This document shows positions 44,617 through 57,132 of a DNA stretch of 64,000 nucleotides, in pieces. This DNA comes from an uncultured cyanobacterium (GTDB taxonomy: Bacteria; Cyanobacteriota; Cyanobacteriia; Cyanobacteriales; Cyanobacteriaceae): the NCBI GenBank assembly GCA_963710605.1, contig CAVQBA010000004.1, positions 320,001-384,000 of the forward strand. Direction: 5' to 3'. A model generated the notes under the pieces. That model was not told where the DNA came from. It did no database searches and saw only the letters and a list, made by a program, of their open reading frames with translations. Every line of letters starts with the position of its first letter. Within the stretch, counting starts at the first letter, position 1. A program made the translations under genes and the position numbers.

Positions 44617-45909
44617 CTATTCATTATTCAGACTAGATACTCTAGATACTATTTGACTAACTAAATCAGCAATTTTTGCACTTGCCCCTGATTCTCCTCT
44701 CACTTGTTTTAATTGAGATTTTATCTGCTCTAATTTTTCCTTATTTTCAAGTAAATCTAAAACCAAATCACCGACTTGAGTTACAGTAAGATTACCGATT
44801 AATTCGGGGACGATTTCTTTTTTTGCCCAGATATTTGGCCAGCCATAAAGTTTATTATTTTTACGAGTATAATCGATCGCTATCTTATTAATTAAAGTCG
44901 CAAAACGATCGCCTATTAAAGGTAAATTTGCCAGTAATCCGGGTAAACCATCCCACGACTTCATCGCTGTTAATTGATAAGTCGGAATTAAAATAATCAT
45001 CGGGATAGATAAAGCACCTAATTGAGCAGTATTTGCTCCCACTGTAGTCAAGCATAAATCACATTGTTTTAATTCTTCGTAACAAGGAAATTGCGTAATA
45101 AGTTTAATTTTAATACCTCCTGAAGTTTGTAAATAATATTTATTTTCTACTTCTATTAGTTCTCCTGTTACATCACCTAAAATATTAATAAAAGAATTAT
45201 TTTCTTTTTTTCCATAACTAGCTAAAATATCTTTATCAATAGTTGGAGCAACAGGAATAATAAATTCTAAATTTTCTTTCTTACTTTGTAAATATTCAGC
45301 GATCGCCATTAAAAAAGGAACACCTTGCATTAATTTACTTGGTTTAGAACCTGGTAATAAACCTATTTTTATTTGATCATCATTACTATTAAAAGAACTT
45401 TTTAAATCATTATTTACTTCTTCTATATCAGCCATCAAATCGCCAACAACAGTAAATTTATGATGATATTTCAGGGGAATTTTATCGATAACACTTTGAT
45501 TCATCACAGCAAAACGATCGAGATAACGATACCATCTAGCATCCCATTCAGCATAAATCAAACTTTGATAATTAAATCTTTTAGCAATAGTTAAAGCAAA
45601 AAATTGATCTCCTCCTAAAAACAAAACCAATCCTTGTGAATACCAATCCCAATTGTCTTTTGTTTTACCCGATAACAAAAAAGAAAAAAAATTATCTGCC
45701 GATTGAATACGATCGATTTGCGGTAGTTTACGAGCCAAATTAACCTCATTACCAGTAGCGTGAGGGCAAGGAGATAAAATCAAAGAGATACGTAGATTAT
45801 CTTGATTGAGTTCGGCTTTAGCCCTTATTTGCTTGACTACAGGAAAAACCCATGTGGTAATTTCTCCAGGACCGTTGGATAAAATGATAAGATCAAAGTT
45901 AGAATTCAT
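44617..45909 (-). CDS. Lipid-A-disaccharide synthase-like (LpxB family) glycosyltransferase
   Basis: ILSNGPGE, FLGGDQ, GLLPGSK, TTVGANTAQL, WPNIWA. Confidence 0.75.
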   Translation of the reverse strand: MNSNFDLIILSNGPGEITTWVFPVVKQIRAKAELNQDNLRISLILSPCPHATGNEVNLARKLPQIDRIQSADNFFSFLLSGKTKDNWDWYSQGLVLFLGGDQFFALTIAKRFNYQSLIYAEWDARWYRYLDRFAVMNQSVIDKIPLKYHHKFTVVGDLMADIEEVNNDLKSSFNSNDDQIKIGLLPGSKPSKLMQGVPFLMAIAEYLQSKKENLEFIIPVAPTIDKDILASYGKKENNSFINILGDVTGELIEVENKYYLQTSGGIKIKLITQFPCYEELKQCDLCLTTVGANTAQLGALSIPMIILIPTYQLTAMKSWDGLPGLLANLPLIGDRFATLINKIAIDYTRKNNKLYGWPNIWAKKEIVPELIGNLTVTQVGDLVLDLLENKEKLEQIKSQLKQVRGESGASAKIADLVSQIVSRVSSLNNE

Positions 45910-46165
45910 TCTTAAAATTAAAAATTGAGATTAATCTATATATACTAAGTCTTCGTACTTTATATTGATTATCACCACTGTAAACAAAAGGCATGGCTTA
46001 TCTCTACAATAATAAAAATTTATTTGTATTTTGGTGGGTAATATATTTCCCGAAAGTACAAATGGGGTAATTTATCTGAGTCTGATCTAAATACTTTAAA
46101 ATAGCTTATAAGTTTATCGAAAAAATAATTAAGTATTAATCAATCATCAATGTGATCAATTTTTA

Positions 46166-47452
46166 ATGATATTAGCTGAAGAATTATTACAACTTACCCT
46201 TAAAAAGGGTATTTCTGAAGTCGAAGTTTATCAAGTAGAATCATATTCTCGCCCAATTAGTTTTGAAGCTAATCGTCTTAAACAAATAGAAACTTCACAA
46301 ACTACCGCAATTGCCTTACGTTTATGGCAGAATAATTGCCCTGGTTTAGCTGTTGCTTATGGTGATTTTAATCCTGAAGATTTGATTGCTAAAGCATTAA
46401 CTATCTCTCAACTCAACCCGGCAGAAGAGATACTACTTAATAGTAATCAAAAATTAATTTATCCTCGTTTGTCTAGTCAACCAGATTTGCCCAAATTAAT
46501 TAATTTAGGTGAAAAAACGATCGCTTCTATTCGTCAACAAAACTCTGAATGCTTAGTCAATCTTGAACTAGAATGGGAAGAGCAAACTAGTACTATTCTC
46601 AACTCCCGTGGTTTACATTGCCAACAAACCGTCATCACTCAAAGTGCATCCATCGCTTTAGAATTAGTACAACAAGAAGATTTTTTAGGTATCTATGATG
46701 GCGAATATACTCAGCAAGAATTAGATTTAGACAGAATGATAGGTGCGGTTTTACAAAAACTGAAATGGGCTGACAAAAACGCCGAAATTAGTAGTTGTCA
46801 AATACCAATTTTATTTACACCAGATGGTGCAACAGCTTCTTTATGGGAAACTATCACCGAAGCCTTCAACGGAAAATATATTTTAGATAAATCTTCTCCT
46901 TGGAGTGAATCTATTGGTAAACCAGTTGTCTCGCCCTTAATTACCTTAAGCCAAAAACCAAATTTTCAGCCTTATAATTGCCCTTTTGATGATGAAGGTA
47001 CAATTACTCAATATCTTAGTTTAATTAAAAAAGGTATTTTAGAAAACGTTTATACTGATAAAAAGACAGCTAAAAAATTAGGTATTGAAAATACAGCTAA
47101 TGGTTTTCGTCCGAGTTTGGGTAGCTATTCTACTCCTGATTTAGTTAATTTAATAATTGCAGAAGGTAATTCATCCCAACGTCAACTAATTAATAGTTTG
47201 CCCGAAGCAATAATTGTTGATCAAATTTTAGGAGAAGGTGCAGATATCTCAGGAGATTTCTCTTTTAATATTGATTTAGGTTATTTGGTTAAAAATGGTG
47301 AAATAGTAGGTAGAATAAAGGACACCATGTTATCAGGAAATATTTATCAAGCACTTCAACAAACAATGGCAGTTGGTAACGATCGACTTTGGTCAGGTTC
47401 TTGTTATACTCCTTCTATCCTTATTGATCAACTTTCTGTTATCACTAATTAA
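46166..47452 (+). CDS. TldD/PmbA family protein (PmbA-like)
   Basis: PFDDEG, TANGFR, SGDFS, GRIKDTMLSGN. Confidence 0.85.
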   Translation: MILAEELLQLTLKKGISEVEVYQVESYSRPISFEANRLKQIETSQTTAIALRLWQNNCPGLAVAYGDFNPEDLIAKALTISQLNPAEEILLNSNQKLIYPRLSSQPDLPKLINLGEKTIASIRQQNSECLVNLELEWEEQTSTILNSRGLHCQQTVITQSASIALELVQQEDFLGIYDGEYTQQELDLDRMIGAVLQKLKWADKNAEISSCQIPILFTPDGATASLWETITEAFNGKYILDKSSPWSESIGKPVVSPLITLSQKPNFQPYNCPFDDEGTITQYLSLIKKGILENVYTDKKTAKKLGIENTANGFRPSLGSYSTPDLVNLIIAEGNSSQRQLINSLPEAIIVDQILGEGADISGDFSFNIDLGYLVKNGEIVGRIKDTMLSGNIYQALQQTMAVGNDRLWSGSCYTPSILIDQLSVITN

Positions 47453-47583
47453 TTTAAACCTGTAACTTTGAATGAAGGTAATTATCAATTATCAATCATG
47501 AATTATCGCCACCAATACATAAATATTATAGAGATTAATCTATACCCTATATATAAATATAGTGTGAATAGCCCTTATAATAG

Positions 47584-47592
47584 TGTTAAAAT
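47584..47592 (+). promoter_or_regulatory. Candidate extended -10 promoter of gyrB
   Basis: TGTTAAAAT ~85 nt upstream of the ATG; AGGAGG RBS at ~47659. Confidence 0.35.
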
Positions 47593-47674
47593 GTAAGAGA
47601 AATGCTTTTTTGATTGAAAAATCGTTCAAGGTACAAAAAACTGTTTATATCCTCAATTAGGAGGAAAGTCATAA

Positions 47675-49613
<1,939 letters not shown>

Positions 49614-49652
49614 ATTAGCTTTTTGTTAATTAAAATTAATATTTTTTCCTCC

Positions 49653-49759
49653 TATAGCAAGTAACAACTAAGGCGTGGACATTTCTACCACCCCTAACCC
49701 CTCCTTCAAAGGATGGGGAACACTATTCAACTGTTGCAAATAACTCTTTTACTGCTATA
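49653..49759. mobile_element. MITE (107 bp) with TATAGCA...TGCTATA ends, inserted in the gyrB terminator
   Basis: Terminal inverted repeats; internal CCCCTCCTT-CA-AAGGATGGGG hairpin resembling that of 33462-33571. Confidence 0.65.
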
Positions 49760-49784
49760 CATAGGGGGAATTTTTTTTTGTATT

Positions 49785-49837
49785 AGTTCAATTTATTGAA
49801 CGATTTTATTTGAGCCTTGAACTTAAGTTCAAGGCTA
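49785..49837 (-). repeat. Family A bipartite hairpin core (variant)
   Basis: AGTTCAATTTATTGAACG plus AGCCTTGAACTTAAGTTCAAGGCT. Confidence 0.65.
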
Positions 49838-49875
49838 ATCATGTACGTTAATATCACGTTAACTTCAAACTTAAT

Positions 49876-50108
49876 CTAGGCATAGTCTTGATATTGATAA
49901 AAATCTTCAGTACAAGAATCTGTAAATTCAGTCAAATCACTACCTTCTTGATAGAAATTGATCATGGCTTGAGTGGCATCTTTTAGACTAAGAGTTTGAT
50001 TTTTTCTTTTAAGTCAATTAGAGTTTTTAACCCTAATTTAATGGCTTCCTCCTCTGTTTTTAAACCTGTTATTTCCATCGCTTCGGTTATTAACTGTTTT
50101 AATTGCAT
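49876..50108 (-). pseudogene. Orphan type II antitoxin (VapB-like N-part), frameshifted; no toxin downstream
   Basis: MQLKQLITEAMEITGLKTEEEAIKLGLKTLI..., then in another frame LSLKDATQAMINFYQEGSDLTEFTDSCTEDFYQYQDYA-stop. Confidence 0.55.
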
Positions 50109-50316
50109 CTTGATAATGACGATCGAAAGTATAACAATAATTATATCAATCTTACCAAAATGAAAATGAAGTCAAAATCGATCGTTTTCTTCCTTGATTT
50201 TTAGTTATGATTAAATAATAGTAAAAAAATACTAGGTGATGACAGATGGATATTTTAAAGGCGAAGGCACAAAGTGAAGATACATCGATCGAAAACTTAT
50301 TAAATATTAATCAAAT

Positions 50317-50404
50317 AGCCTTGTAATGATAATTAAAGGTTGGTTTTATACTCACATTTTTACGATTATTAATACTATCTCAATTCTTTTTTTAAACGAC
50401 TATA
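50317..50404 (-). mobile_element. Family A MITE-like half copy
   Basis: Reverse-complement match to 19168-19256. Confidence 0.65.
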
Positions 50405-50433
50405 ATTTTTACGTTCGAGAATAAAATAAGTTA

Positions 50434-53400
50434 ATGATAAAAAATAAGATGAATCAAAAAAGAATTAATAAGAAAAGTAATAAATCTCAAGTATTATTGG
50501 CTATATTGAATCCAAAAAATTCTCCTAAAGACTTATTAGATAAGTGGGGAAAAATGTTTACTGATTACAGTGAATATAATCATCTTACGACTACTGCTAA
50601 GTTTCATATTAACAATCCGACTGGTTACATTCTTGATAATAATTGGGAAGACATTGTTTCTCAACAACAACTTAACTTGATTTTACGTTGTGATAATTTT
50701 TTGTTAGAGATATTAGTAGCTGGTGATTTTATCCCAAAAAAGATTATTGAAAAAATAATTAAAGGTGATTCAAAGTATTTACCAATTCTCAAGATAATTT
50801 GTCGTTATCTACCGTCTCTTACTATTGAAAATATCGATTGTATCGTTGCTTTATGTAATGAAGAATTACTCTTTAATTTAGTTAAAAATGAATATATTAA
50901 TAACGATCGTGTTTTACAATATATGTTGCAAGAAATATTTGAACTAACTCAACCAAATCAAGAACAAAATATTAGAGAAGCGATTGCTTCTAATCCTAAT
51001 ACACCTACTAAAATTTTAGTTAAATTAGCTCAAGAAAATAATCGACAAATTAAGCAAATATTATTACAAAACAAGAATACACCGCTAATAGTTAAAGAAA
51101 GAATTACCCAACAATTAACGCCAAGAAAAAAAGCCAAAGATATTAACAATAAGACTACTTATGTAAGAAAATTAATTAAGTTGGCTGATAGCGAGAATAT
51201 TAATCATCGTATTAGTGTAGTCAATAATTCTCATACTCCTTTTTCTCTTTTACAAACACTAGCTAACGATAAAAGAAAGAAAGTGCGTCAAATTGTCATG
51301 ATGCGATACACCACAATCGCTAAAAATCCAGATACAGCTGTTGATGTTTTAGTTGAATTAGCGAAAAAGGAAGACAAAGAAATTTACGTAGGATTAATTA
51401 GTAATCCCAATACACCAGAAGAAGTAATTAAAAAAATATTAGATACTGTCGATATATCCAAATGGGAAATAAAAACTTTACATCAAATAGCAAAACAACC
51501 TCAAACACCCGCAATTACTTTAGAGGCATTAGCAAAAATATCGAATCGGGCTATTGATTTGAGTTTAGCAGTTAATGTTAATACACCAATGCACATATTA
51601 GAAAAATTAGTCACGACATCTAATGACGATATTCGTTTTGCTATTGCAGAAAATCCTGCTATACCAGTAGATATTTTAGAATATTTAATGACTATTTATC
51701 CGTTAGACAAACTAGCAACAGTATCTAATCCGAAGATGTGTCTAGCGATTGTTAAAAATCCTCAAGCTACAGAAAGTATCTTAGAATCTCTTGCACCAGA
51801 TATTGTTAATCTTGATATGTACACTTTAGAAAAAGTTGTTCAACATCCTAATATGCCTATGAGTATATTAGAAAAGTTAAGTGATAGTCAATATGCTTTA
51901 GTGCAAAGAGGAGTCGCTAAAAATCCGAAAGCCACTGTCGCTATCTGGCGAAATATCATGAAGCATAAATCTTCGATTGGCGGTTTTGAAGGAATTGCTA
52001 GTAACCCTAATACTCCTGTAGATATTTTAGAAGAGTTGTTGGATAATTCGATCGAACAAGGTTTCTCTGGTGATACTATACCTGTTTATATTGCTAATCA
52101 TCCTAATACTCCAGTATATCTTTTAGAGAAGTTAGTAGCGATCGCTTCTGACACTAAAAATAATTGGACAAAAAGAAATATAAATACTGGTTACAATCTC
52201 ATTGTATCTAATTGCGATGTATTTCGCGATTTATTGGTAGCTTTAGCGAAAAATCCTCTTTTACCTATTAATTACTTGAGATTATTTATCGAAAAAGCCA
52301 ATTTTCGTGAGATGAAATGGGCAATAGCTGAAAATCCTCGTACTCCTATTGATATTCTTGAAAGTTTATCTACTGATACAGAATGTTACTATTCTTTAGC
52401 AAGAAATCCTGCTTTACCTTCCCATATTGCTCAAACAATAGTAAATAATTGTAGTAATAATTATACTCTCGAATTATTATTTGAACATAATCAACATCTT
52501 AACCAAAAAGTTTTAGATATATTAGCCGTCAAAAAAAATTTAGAAATTCGTGTCTTAGTCGCTAAATATCCTCATACTTCAGTTGATATTTTATCTCGAT
52601 TACTGGGAAATGTAAATATGAATGTGCGTGAAGCAGTAAAAAATAATCCTCATACTCCTTTGTCTTTAATCCAAGAAGCAAAAATGGCTTATTATCTTGC
52701 TTCTTTTTCCAATTCAACAAAAGAATTAGCGACTTTAGCCACAACACCTTGGCATAATATCAAGGGTGTGGTGGCAAGTAATATCTTTACTTCTACTGCT
52801 ACTTTAGAGAAATTAAGTAACGATTCGATTGACTTTTTATTTAATAGTGATGGTAATGCAGAGTATCGTTTTGAGCAAGTTTTTCCCACAATTCAATCTT
52901 TGGTAAAAAATATTGCTACTCCAGAAAAATGTTTAAATTTATTCGTTAATGTATTCACCGAAAACGAACAATTTACTCAGATACTTCAACAGATTATTTA
53001 TGAGATTGAAGCTAGTATGAATACATCATATCTAAAAGCTATCGAATGTCGTAATCAAATTTTAGAATCGATTGCACTTCATCCCCAAACTAATATTAAT
53101 ATTCTAAACAAATTATTTCAAGACCGAAACAGTGAAATGATTAAAAATATTGAGAAACAATATCACATTCAAAATAATTATTACTATCGAGAAAAATATA
53201 ACAATAAATCAGTTAAAATTGCAATCGCTAAAAGCAAAAATGTTTCTCTTTCTTTACTTCAACAATTAATAGAGGAAGATGATCGTCAAATTTGTCAAGA
53301 GGCAAGAAAGAAATGTTTACAAAAATATCCTGAAAGTTTATTAGAAATACTCAAATTTTACAGTAATTCATCTCAACCATTAATTACCAGAGTATTAGTG

Positions 53401-53574
53401 TTAAGACATCCACAAATGCCAGAAGAGATATTAAGGAAAAAAGTTCGTTCTCTTTATTGGTTAGAAAGATTATCCGTAGCAATGAATCCTAATACTCCTG
53501 ATGAGATTAAACAACAATTAAGTAATGATAGCAATACGATCGTTCGTCATGTTGTATCTAACCAATTACCATAG
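50434..53574 (+). CDS. Large leucine-rich-variant (LRV)/HEAT-like repeat protein
   Basis: Many (I/V)AxNPNTPxxxLExL repeats over 1046 aa; C-terminal WLERLSVAMNPNTP. Confidence 0.85.
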   Translation: MIKNKMNQKRINKKSNKSQVLLAILNPKNSPKDLLDKWGKMFTDYSEYNHLTTTAKFHINNPTGYILDNNWEDIVSQQQLNLILRCDNFLLEILVAGDFIPKKIIEKIIKGDSKYLPILKIICRYLPSLTIENIDCIVALCNEELLFNLVKNEYINNDRVLQYMLQEIFELTQPNQEQNIREAIASNPNTPTKILVKLAQENNRQIKQILLQNKNTPLIVKERITQQLTPRKKAKDINNKTTYVRKLIKLADSENINHRISVVNNSHTPFSLLQTLANDKRKKVRQIVMMRYTTIAKNPDTAVDVLVELAKKEDKEIYVGLISNPNTPEEVIKKILDTVDISKWEIKTLHQIAKQPQTPAITLEALAKISNRAIDLSLAVNVNTPMHILEKLVTTSNDDIRFAIAENPAIPVDILEYLMTIYPLDKLATVSNPKMCLAIVKNPQATESILESLAPDIVNLDMYTLEKVVQHPNMPMSILEKLSDSQYALVQRGVAKNPKATVAIWRNIMKHKSSIGGFEGIASNPNTPVDILEELLDNSIEQGFSGDTIPVYIANHPNTPVYLLEKLVAIASDTKNNWTKRNINTGYNLIVSNCDVFRDLLVALAKNPLLPINYLRLFIEKANFREMKWAIAENPRTPIDILESLSTDTECYYSLARNPALPSHIAQTIVNNCSNNYTLELLFEHNQHLNQKVLDILAVKKNLEIRVLVAKYPHTSVDILSRLLGNVNMNVREAVKNNPHTPLSLIQEAKMAYYLASFSNSTKELATLATTPWHNIKGVVASNIFTSTATLEKLSNDSIDFLFNSDGNAEYRFEQVFPTIQSLVKNIATPEKCLNLFVNVFTENEQFTQILQQIIYEIEASMNTSYLKAIECRNQILESIALHPQTNINILNKLFQDRNSEMIKNIEKQYHIQNNYYYREKYNNKSVKIAIAKSKNVSLSLLQQLIEEDDRQICQEARKKCLQKYPESLLEILKFYSNSSQPLITRVLVLRHPQMPEEILRKKVRSLYWLERLSVAMNPNTPDEIKQQLSNDSNTIVRHVVSNQLP

Positions 53575-53585
53575 TATTTTAAACC

Positions 53586-53610
53586 GTAGGGGTTGAACAT
53601 TGTTCAACCC
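53586..53610. repeat. GTAG-type REP hairpin
   Basis: GTAG GGGTTGAACA T TGTTCAACCC. Confidence 0.75.
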
Positions 53611-53667
53611 TTGCTAAGCAAAAATAAATTAAATTAGTCTAAGTTTATTATTAATTATTTGATGATG

Positions 53668-54117
53668 ATGTCTCAAAACGATCGTTTTAATCTAAATCGC
53701 TTTTTAACAGCACAGGAAACTATTTATCCACAAGTTTTAAAAGAACTTAAAAATGGTCGAAAACGATCGCACTGGATGTGGTTTATCTTTCCACAAATAG
53801 AAGGTTTAGGAAAAAGCTCAACCTCAGTATTTTATAGTATTAAAGATAAAGAAGAAGCAAAAGCATATCTAAACCATCCGATTCTCGGTCAAAGATTATT
53901 AGAATGTACTAACATAATTTTATCGATCGAAAAACTTTCTGCGTCGCAAATTTTTGGTTTTCCCGATGACATGAAATTAAAATCTTCGATGACATTATTT
54001 TCCTCTGTTTCTACTACTAATTCTGTATTTGAACAAGTTTTAGAAAAATTCTTTCAAGGAAATAGAGACGAAAAAACCGACCATTTATTAGCAAAAATAA
54101 AACCCTATAAGCTATAA
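53668..54117 (+). CDS. DUF1810 family protein
   Basis: LNRFLTAQ, GRKRSHWMWFIFPQ, YLNHPILGQRL, PDDMKLKSSMTLF. Confidence 0.88.
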   Translation: MSQNDRFNLNRFLTAQETIYPQVLKELKNGRKRSHWMWFIFPQIEGLGKSSTSVFYSIKDKEEAKAYLNHPILGQRLLECTNIILSIEKLSASQIFGFPDDMKLKSSMTLFSSVSTTNSVFEQVLEKFFQGNRDEKTDHLLAKIKPYKL

Positions 54118-54247
54118 ACAAAAACTATACAGCTAACACCTAAAACTTAACACCTAACACCTAAATCTAGCTAAGTAGGAAAATTTTCTTGTATCATAGT
54201 ATATCAATCTAGATTACTTATTTGTTCCTTGACTCTAAAAAAAGTAT

Positions 54248-55064
54248 ATGACTGTTATTCCCCAAAATTTAGAAGAAACAATTACCCAAGCAAAAAAAGC
54301 TCTAGATGTAGCTTTAAATGAGTGGTTGTACTCGTATAACGATCGATTTAGTCATCCCCGAAATAGCTCTTAAAGCACAATATTTAGCCTCAGAATTTGC
54401 CGATTTTTTTAGTGGTTATGGTTCGGGTTTAAAAGTTATTTTTCCTGATGTTGGTGCGGCGGCATTAGCTAAAAGAGATTGGGGCGAAACAGAATTTTTA
54501 GTCACCGATATTGGTAGTAGTCGCACACCCATTACTAACAAAATTAGCGATAGTGATGAAATATTTTTAGTCGTTTCTCCTTCAGCCGTTGAAGTGGGCT
54601 TAGTTGAAAAATTATGTAATATAGCAGAACACAGACCAGTAGTAATTTTAATTCCTCAGTTAGAGGATGTATCTATTGTCGGTATCGGTTATGCCGCCAG
54701 ACAATTAAGAGATCGATTTATCAGTATTTTAGAATCAGCTTATTATTATCGTCCCCTCAATTCTGCTGTTGTTTTACGTAGTTACCCGCAATTATGGCAA
54801 GTATGGCAAAACAAAAAAAATCCTGAGATTGATTTTGAGCTAGATGAAGAAACTTCAATGCCTATCCAAAATTATGAAGATTATGAATTAGTCGCCGAAG
54901 TACAACAAAAACCATTAGGAGAAGCCTTAGAAAGAATCTTATTAGGAGAATCTAACGACGATGATGACGATGACGGTGATGGTAACTCAGCAAAAATCAA
55001 AACTCCTTCTGCTTCAGGCTTAATCGGCTCACTTAAAAGTTTTCTACGAGCATTGAATAGTTAG
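54248..55064 (+). CDS. DUF1995 family protein; frameshift at ~54317
   Basis: MTVIPQNLEETITQAKKAL from ATG 54248, then FPDVGAAALAKRDWG and VGIGYAARQLRDRF. Confidence 0.8.
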
Positions 55065-55069
55065 GGAAT

Positions 55070-55196
55070 GAGTAAGGAGTAAGGAGTAATGAGTAATGAG
55101 TAATGAGTAAGAAATATTAATTGTCAATTGTCAATTGTCAATTGTCCATTATTTAAGTTGTTCACTATTCATTGTTCATTGTTCATTGTTCACTGT
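55070..55196. repeat. Three adjacent heptamer arrays (GAGTAAK, AATTGTC, TTCATTG)
   Basis: Read directly from the sequence. Confidence 0.9.
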
Positions 55197-55247
55197 CGTT
55201 GTTTTCACGGTAAGATTGACTATTGAACGTTTTAAATTTGATTGATT

Positions 55248-56822
55248 ATGGATTTTTCGAGTCAAATTGCTAGTCAGCTGAACCCGACAGCGATCGCACC
55301 TGAGTCGATCGTCACAGTCACATTATTATTAGTCTTAGTGGGCGACTTGGTCTTCGGGCGTAAATCATCCCGATGGTTACCTTATTTCGCTGTAGGAGGC
55401 TTATTAACTGCGGTAGTCGCCTTATTTTTGGGGTGGGACAATCCTCTTCCTACTTCTTTTTTAGGTTCTTTTACCAGCGATAATCTCAGTATAGTTTTTC
55501 GAGGCATTGTTGTATCTTCCACGGCGATTACCATTTTAATGTCGATCGCTTATATTGAAAATACAGGCACTTCATTAGCCGAATTTATGGCAATCATGCT
55601 AACGGCAACATTAGGTGGTATGTTACTGTGCGGGGCATCAGAATTAGTAATGATTTTTGTTTCCCTAGAAATGCTCAGTATCTCCTCTTATCTGATGACG
55701 GGTTACATGAAACGAGATCCTCGTTCTAACGAAGCGGCGTTAAAATACTTATTAATTGGTGCGGCTAGTTCGGCTATCTTTCTTTATGGTAGTTCCTTAC
55801 TCTATGGGCTTTCTGGTGGTTTAACTAATATTAACGAGATTAATTTAACCCTTTCTCTGGGAGAAGGATTAGAATCTCTTGGTTTAGCGATCGCATTGGT
55901 GTTTATGATTGCAGGTATTGCTTTTAAAATCTCTGCTGTACCTTTCCATCAATGGACACCTGATGTTTATGAAGGTTCGCCTACCCCTGTAGTTGCGTTT
56001 TTATCAGTTGGTTCAAAAGCCGCTGGTTTTGCCTTAGCGATTAGATTACTAGCTACGGTTTTTGCTCCTGTTTCTGAGCAATGGCATTTTATCTTTACCG
56101 CCTTAGCAATTCTAAGTATGGTATTAGGTAATGTTGTGGCGTTAGCTCAAACTAGTATGAAACGAATGTTAGCCTATTCATCGATCGGGCAAGCTGGTTT
56201 TGTCATGATTGGTTTAATTGCTACAAGCACCGCAGGTTACTCTAGTATGATCTTTTATCTGTTCATTTATCTATTTATGAACTTAGGTGCATTTGCTTGT
56301 GTAATTCTCTTTGCCTTAAGAACGGGTACAGATAAAATTAGTGATTATGCAGGATTATACCAAAAAGATCCTTTACTCACTTTAGGATTAAGCCTTTGTT
56401 TGCTTTCCTTAGGCGGGATACCACCTCTAGCAGGTTTCTTTGGTAAAATTTATATTTTCTGGGCAGGTTGGCAAGCAGGATTATATGGTTTGGTATTAGT
56501 TGCTTTAGTTACTAGTGTCATCTCAATTTATTATTACATTCGGGTAGTCAAAATGATGGTAGTTAAAGAGCCTCATGAAATGTCTGATGTAGTTAAAAAT
56601 TACCCTGTTGTACGCTGGGATTTACCCGGTATGCGACCAATTCAAGTTAGTATTATCTTTTTGTTAGTTGCTACTTCTTTAATCGGTATCTTATCGAATC
56701 CTGTAGTTACGATCGCCAATAAATCGGTTGATAGTAGCTCAGTATTAGAAGCATCTTTACTAAAAGAGCGTGTTAACAATGTTTCCCTGAAACCAGTTGA
56801 AACTATAAAATCTGTTTTGTAA
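55248..56822 (+). CDS. ndhB: NDH-1 subunit 2 (NdhB/NuoN)
   Basis: [49 protein letters not shown]. Confidence 0.96.
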   Translation: MDFSSQIASQLNPTAIAPESIVTVTLLLVLVGDLVFGRKSSRWLPYFAVGGLLTAVVALFLGWDNPLPTSFLGSFTSDNLSIVFRGIVVSSTAITILMSIAYIENTGTSLAEFMAIMLTATLGGMLLCGASELVMIFVSLEMLSISSYLMTGYMKRDPRSNEAALKYLLIGAASSAIFLYGSSLLYGLSGGLTNINEINLTLSLGEGLESLGLAIALVFMIAGIAFKISAVPFHQWTPDVYEGSPTPVVAFLSVGSKAAGFALAIRLLATVFAPVSEQWHFIFTALAILSMVLGNVVALAQTSMKRMLAYSSIGQAGFVMIGLIATSTAGYSSMIFYLFIYLFMNLGAFACVILFALRTGTDKISDYAGLYQKDPLLTLGLSLCLLSLGGIPPLAGFFGKIYIFWAGWQAGLYGLVLVALVTSVISIYYYIRVVKMMVVKEPHEMSDVVKNYPVVRWDLPGMRPIQVSIIFLLVATSLIGILSNPVVTIANKSVDSSSVLEASLLKERVNNVSLKPVETIKSVL

Positions 56823-57132
56823 TAATACTGTAGTTAAGATTCGGGGATTACGATCGTAAATTTTCGTGAATAATCCCTGTATCTTGAGTAAAGAGAGTAA
56901 GGAGTAAGGAGTAAGGAGTAAAGAGTAAAGAGTAAAGAGTAAGAAGTAGAAAACATTGATTATCGTGATTAAGTGAGTATTCTATAAGCGAAAAGACTAA
57001 GCACGTAATGCTTCTGTGCGTGATTATTGATTATTTATTGTCAATTGTCAATTGTAAACGGGTATAGAGTTAAGGTAAATTAGTGAGAGAGAGTATTATG
57101 TAAAAAATTAGTAATTAATTGAAGGATTCAGG

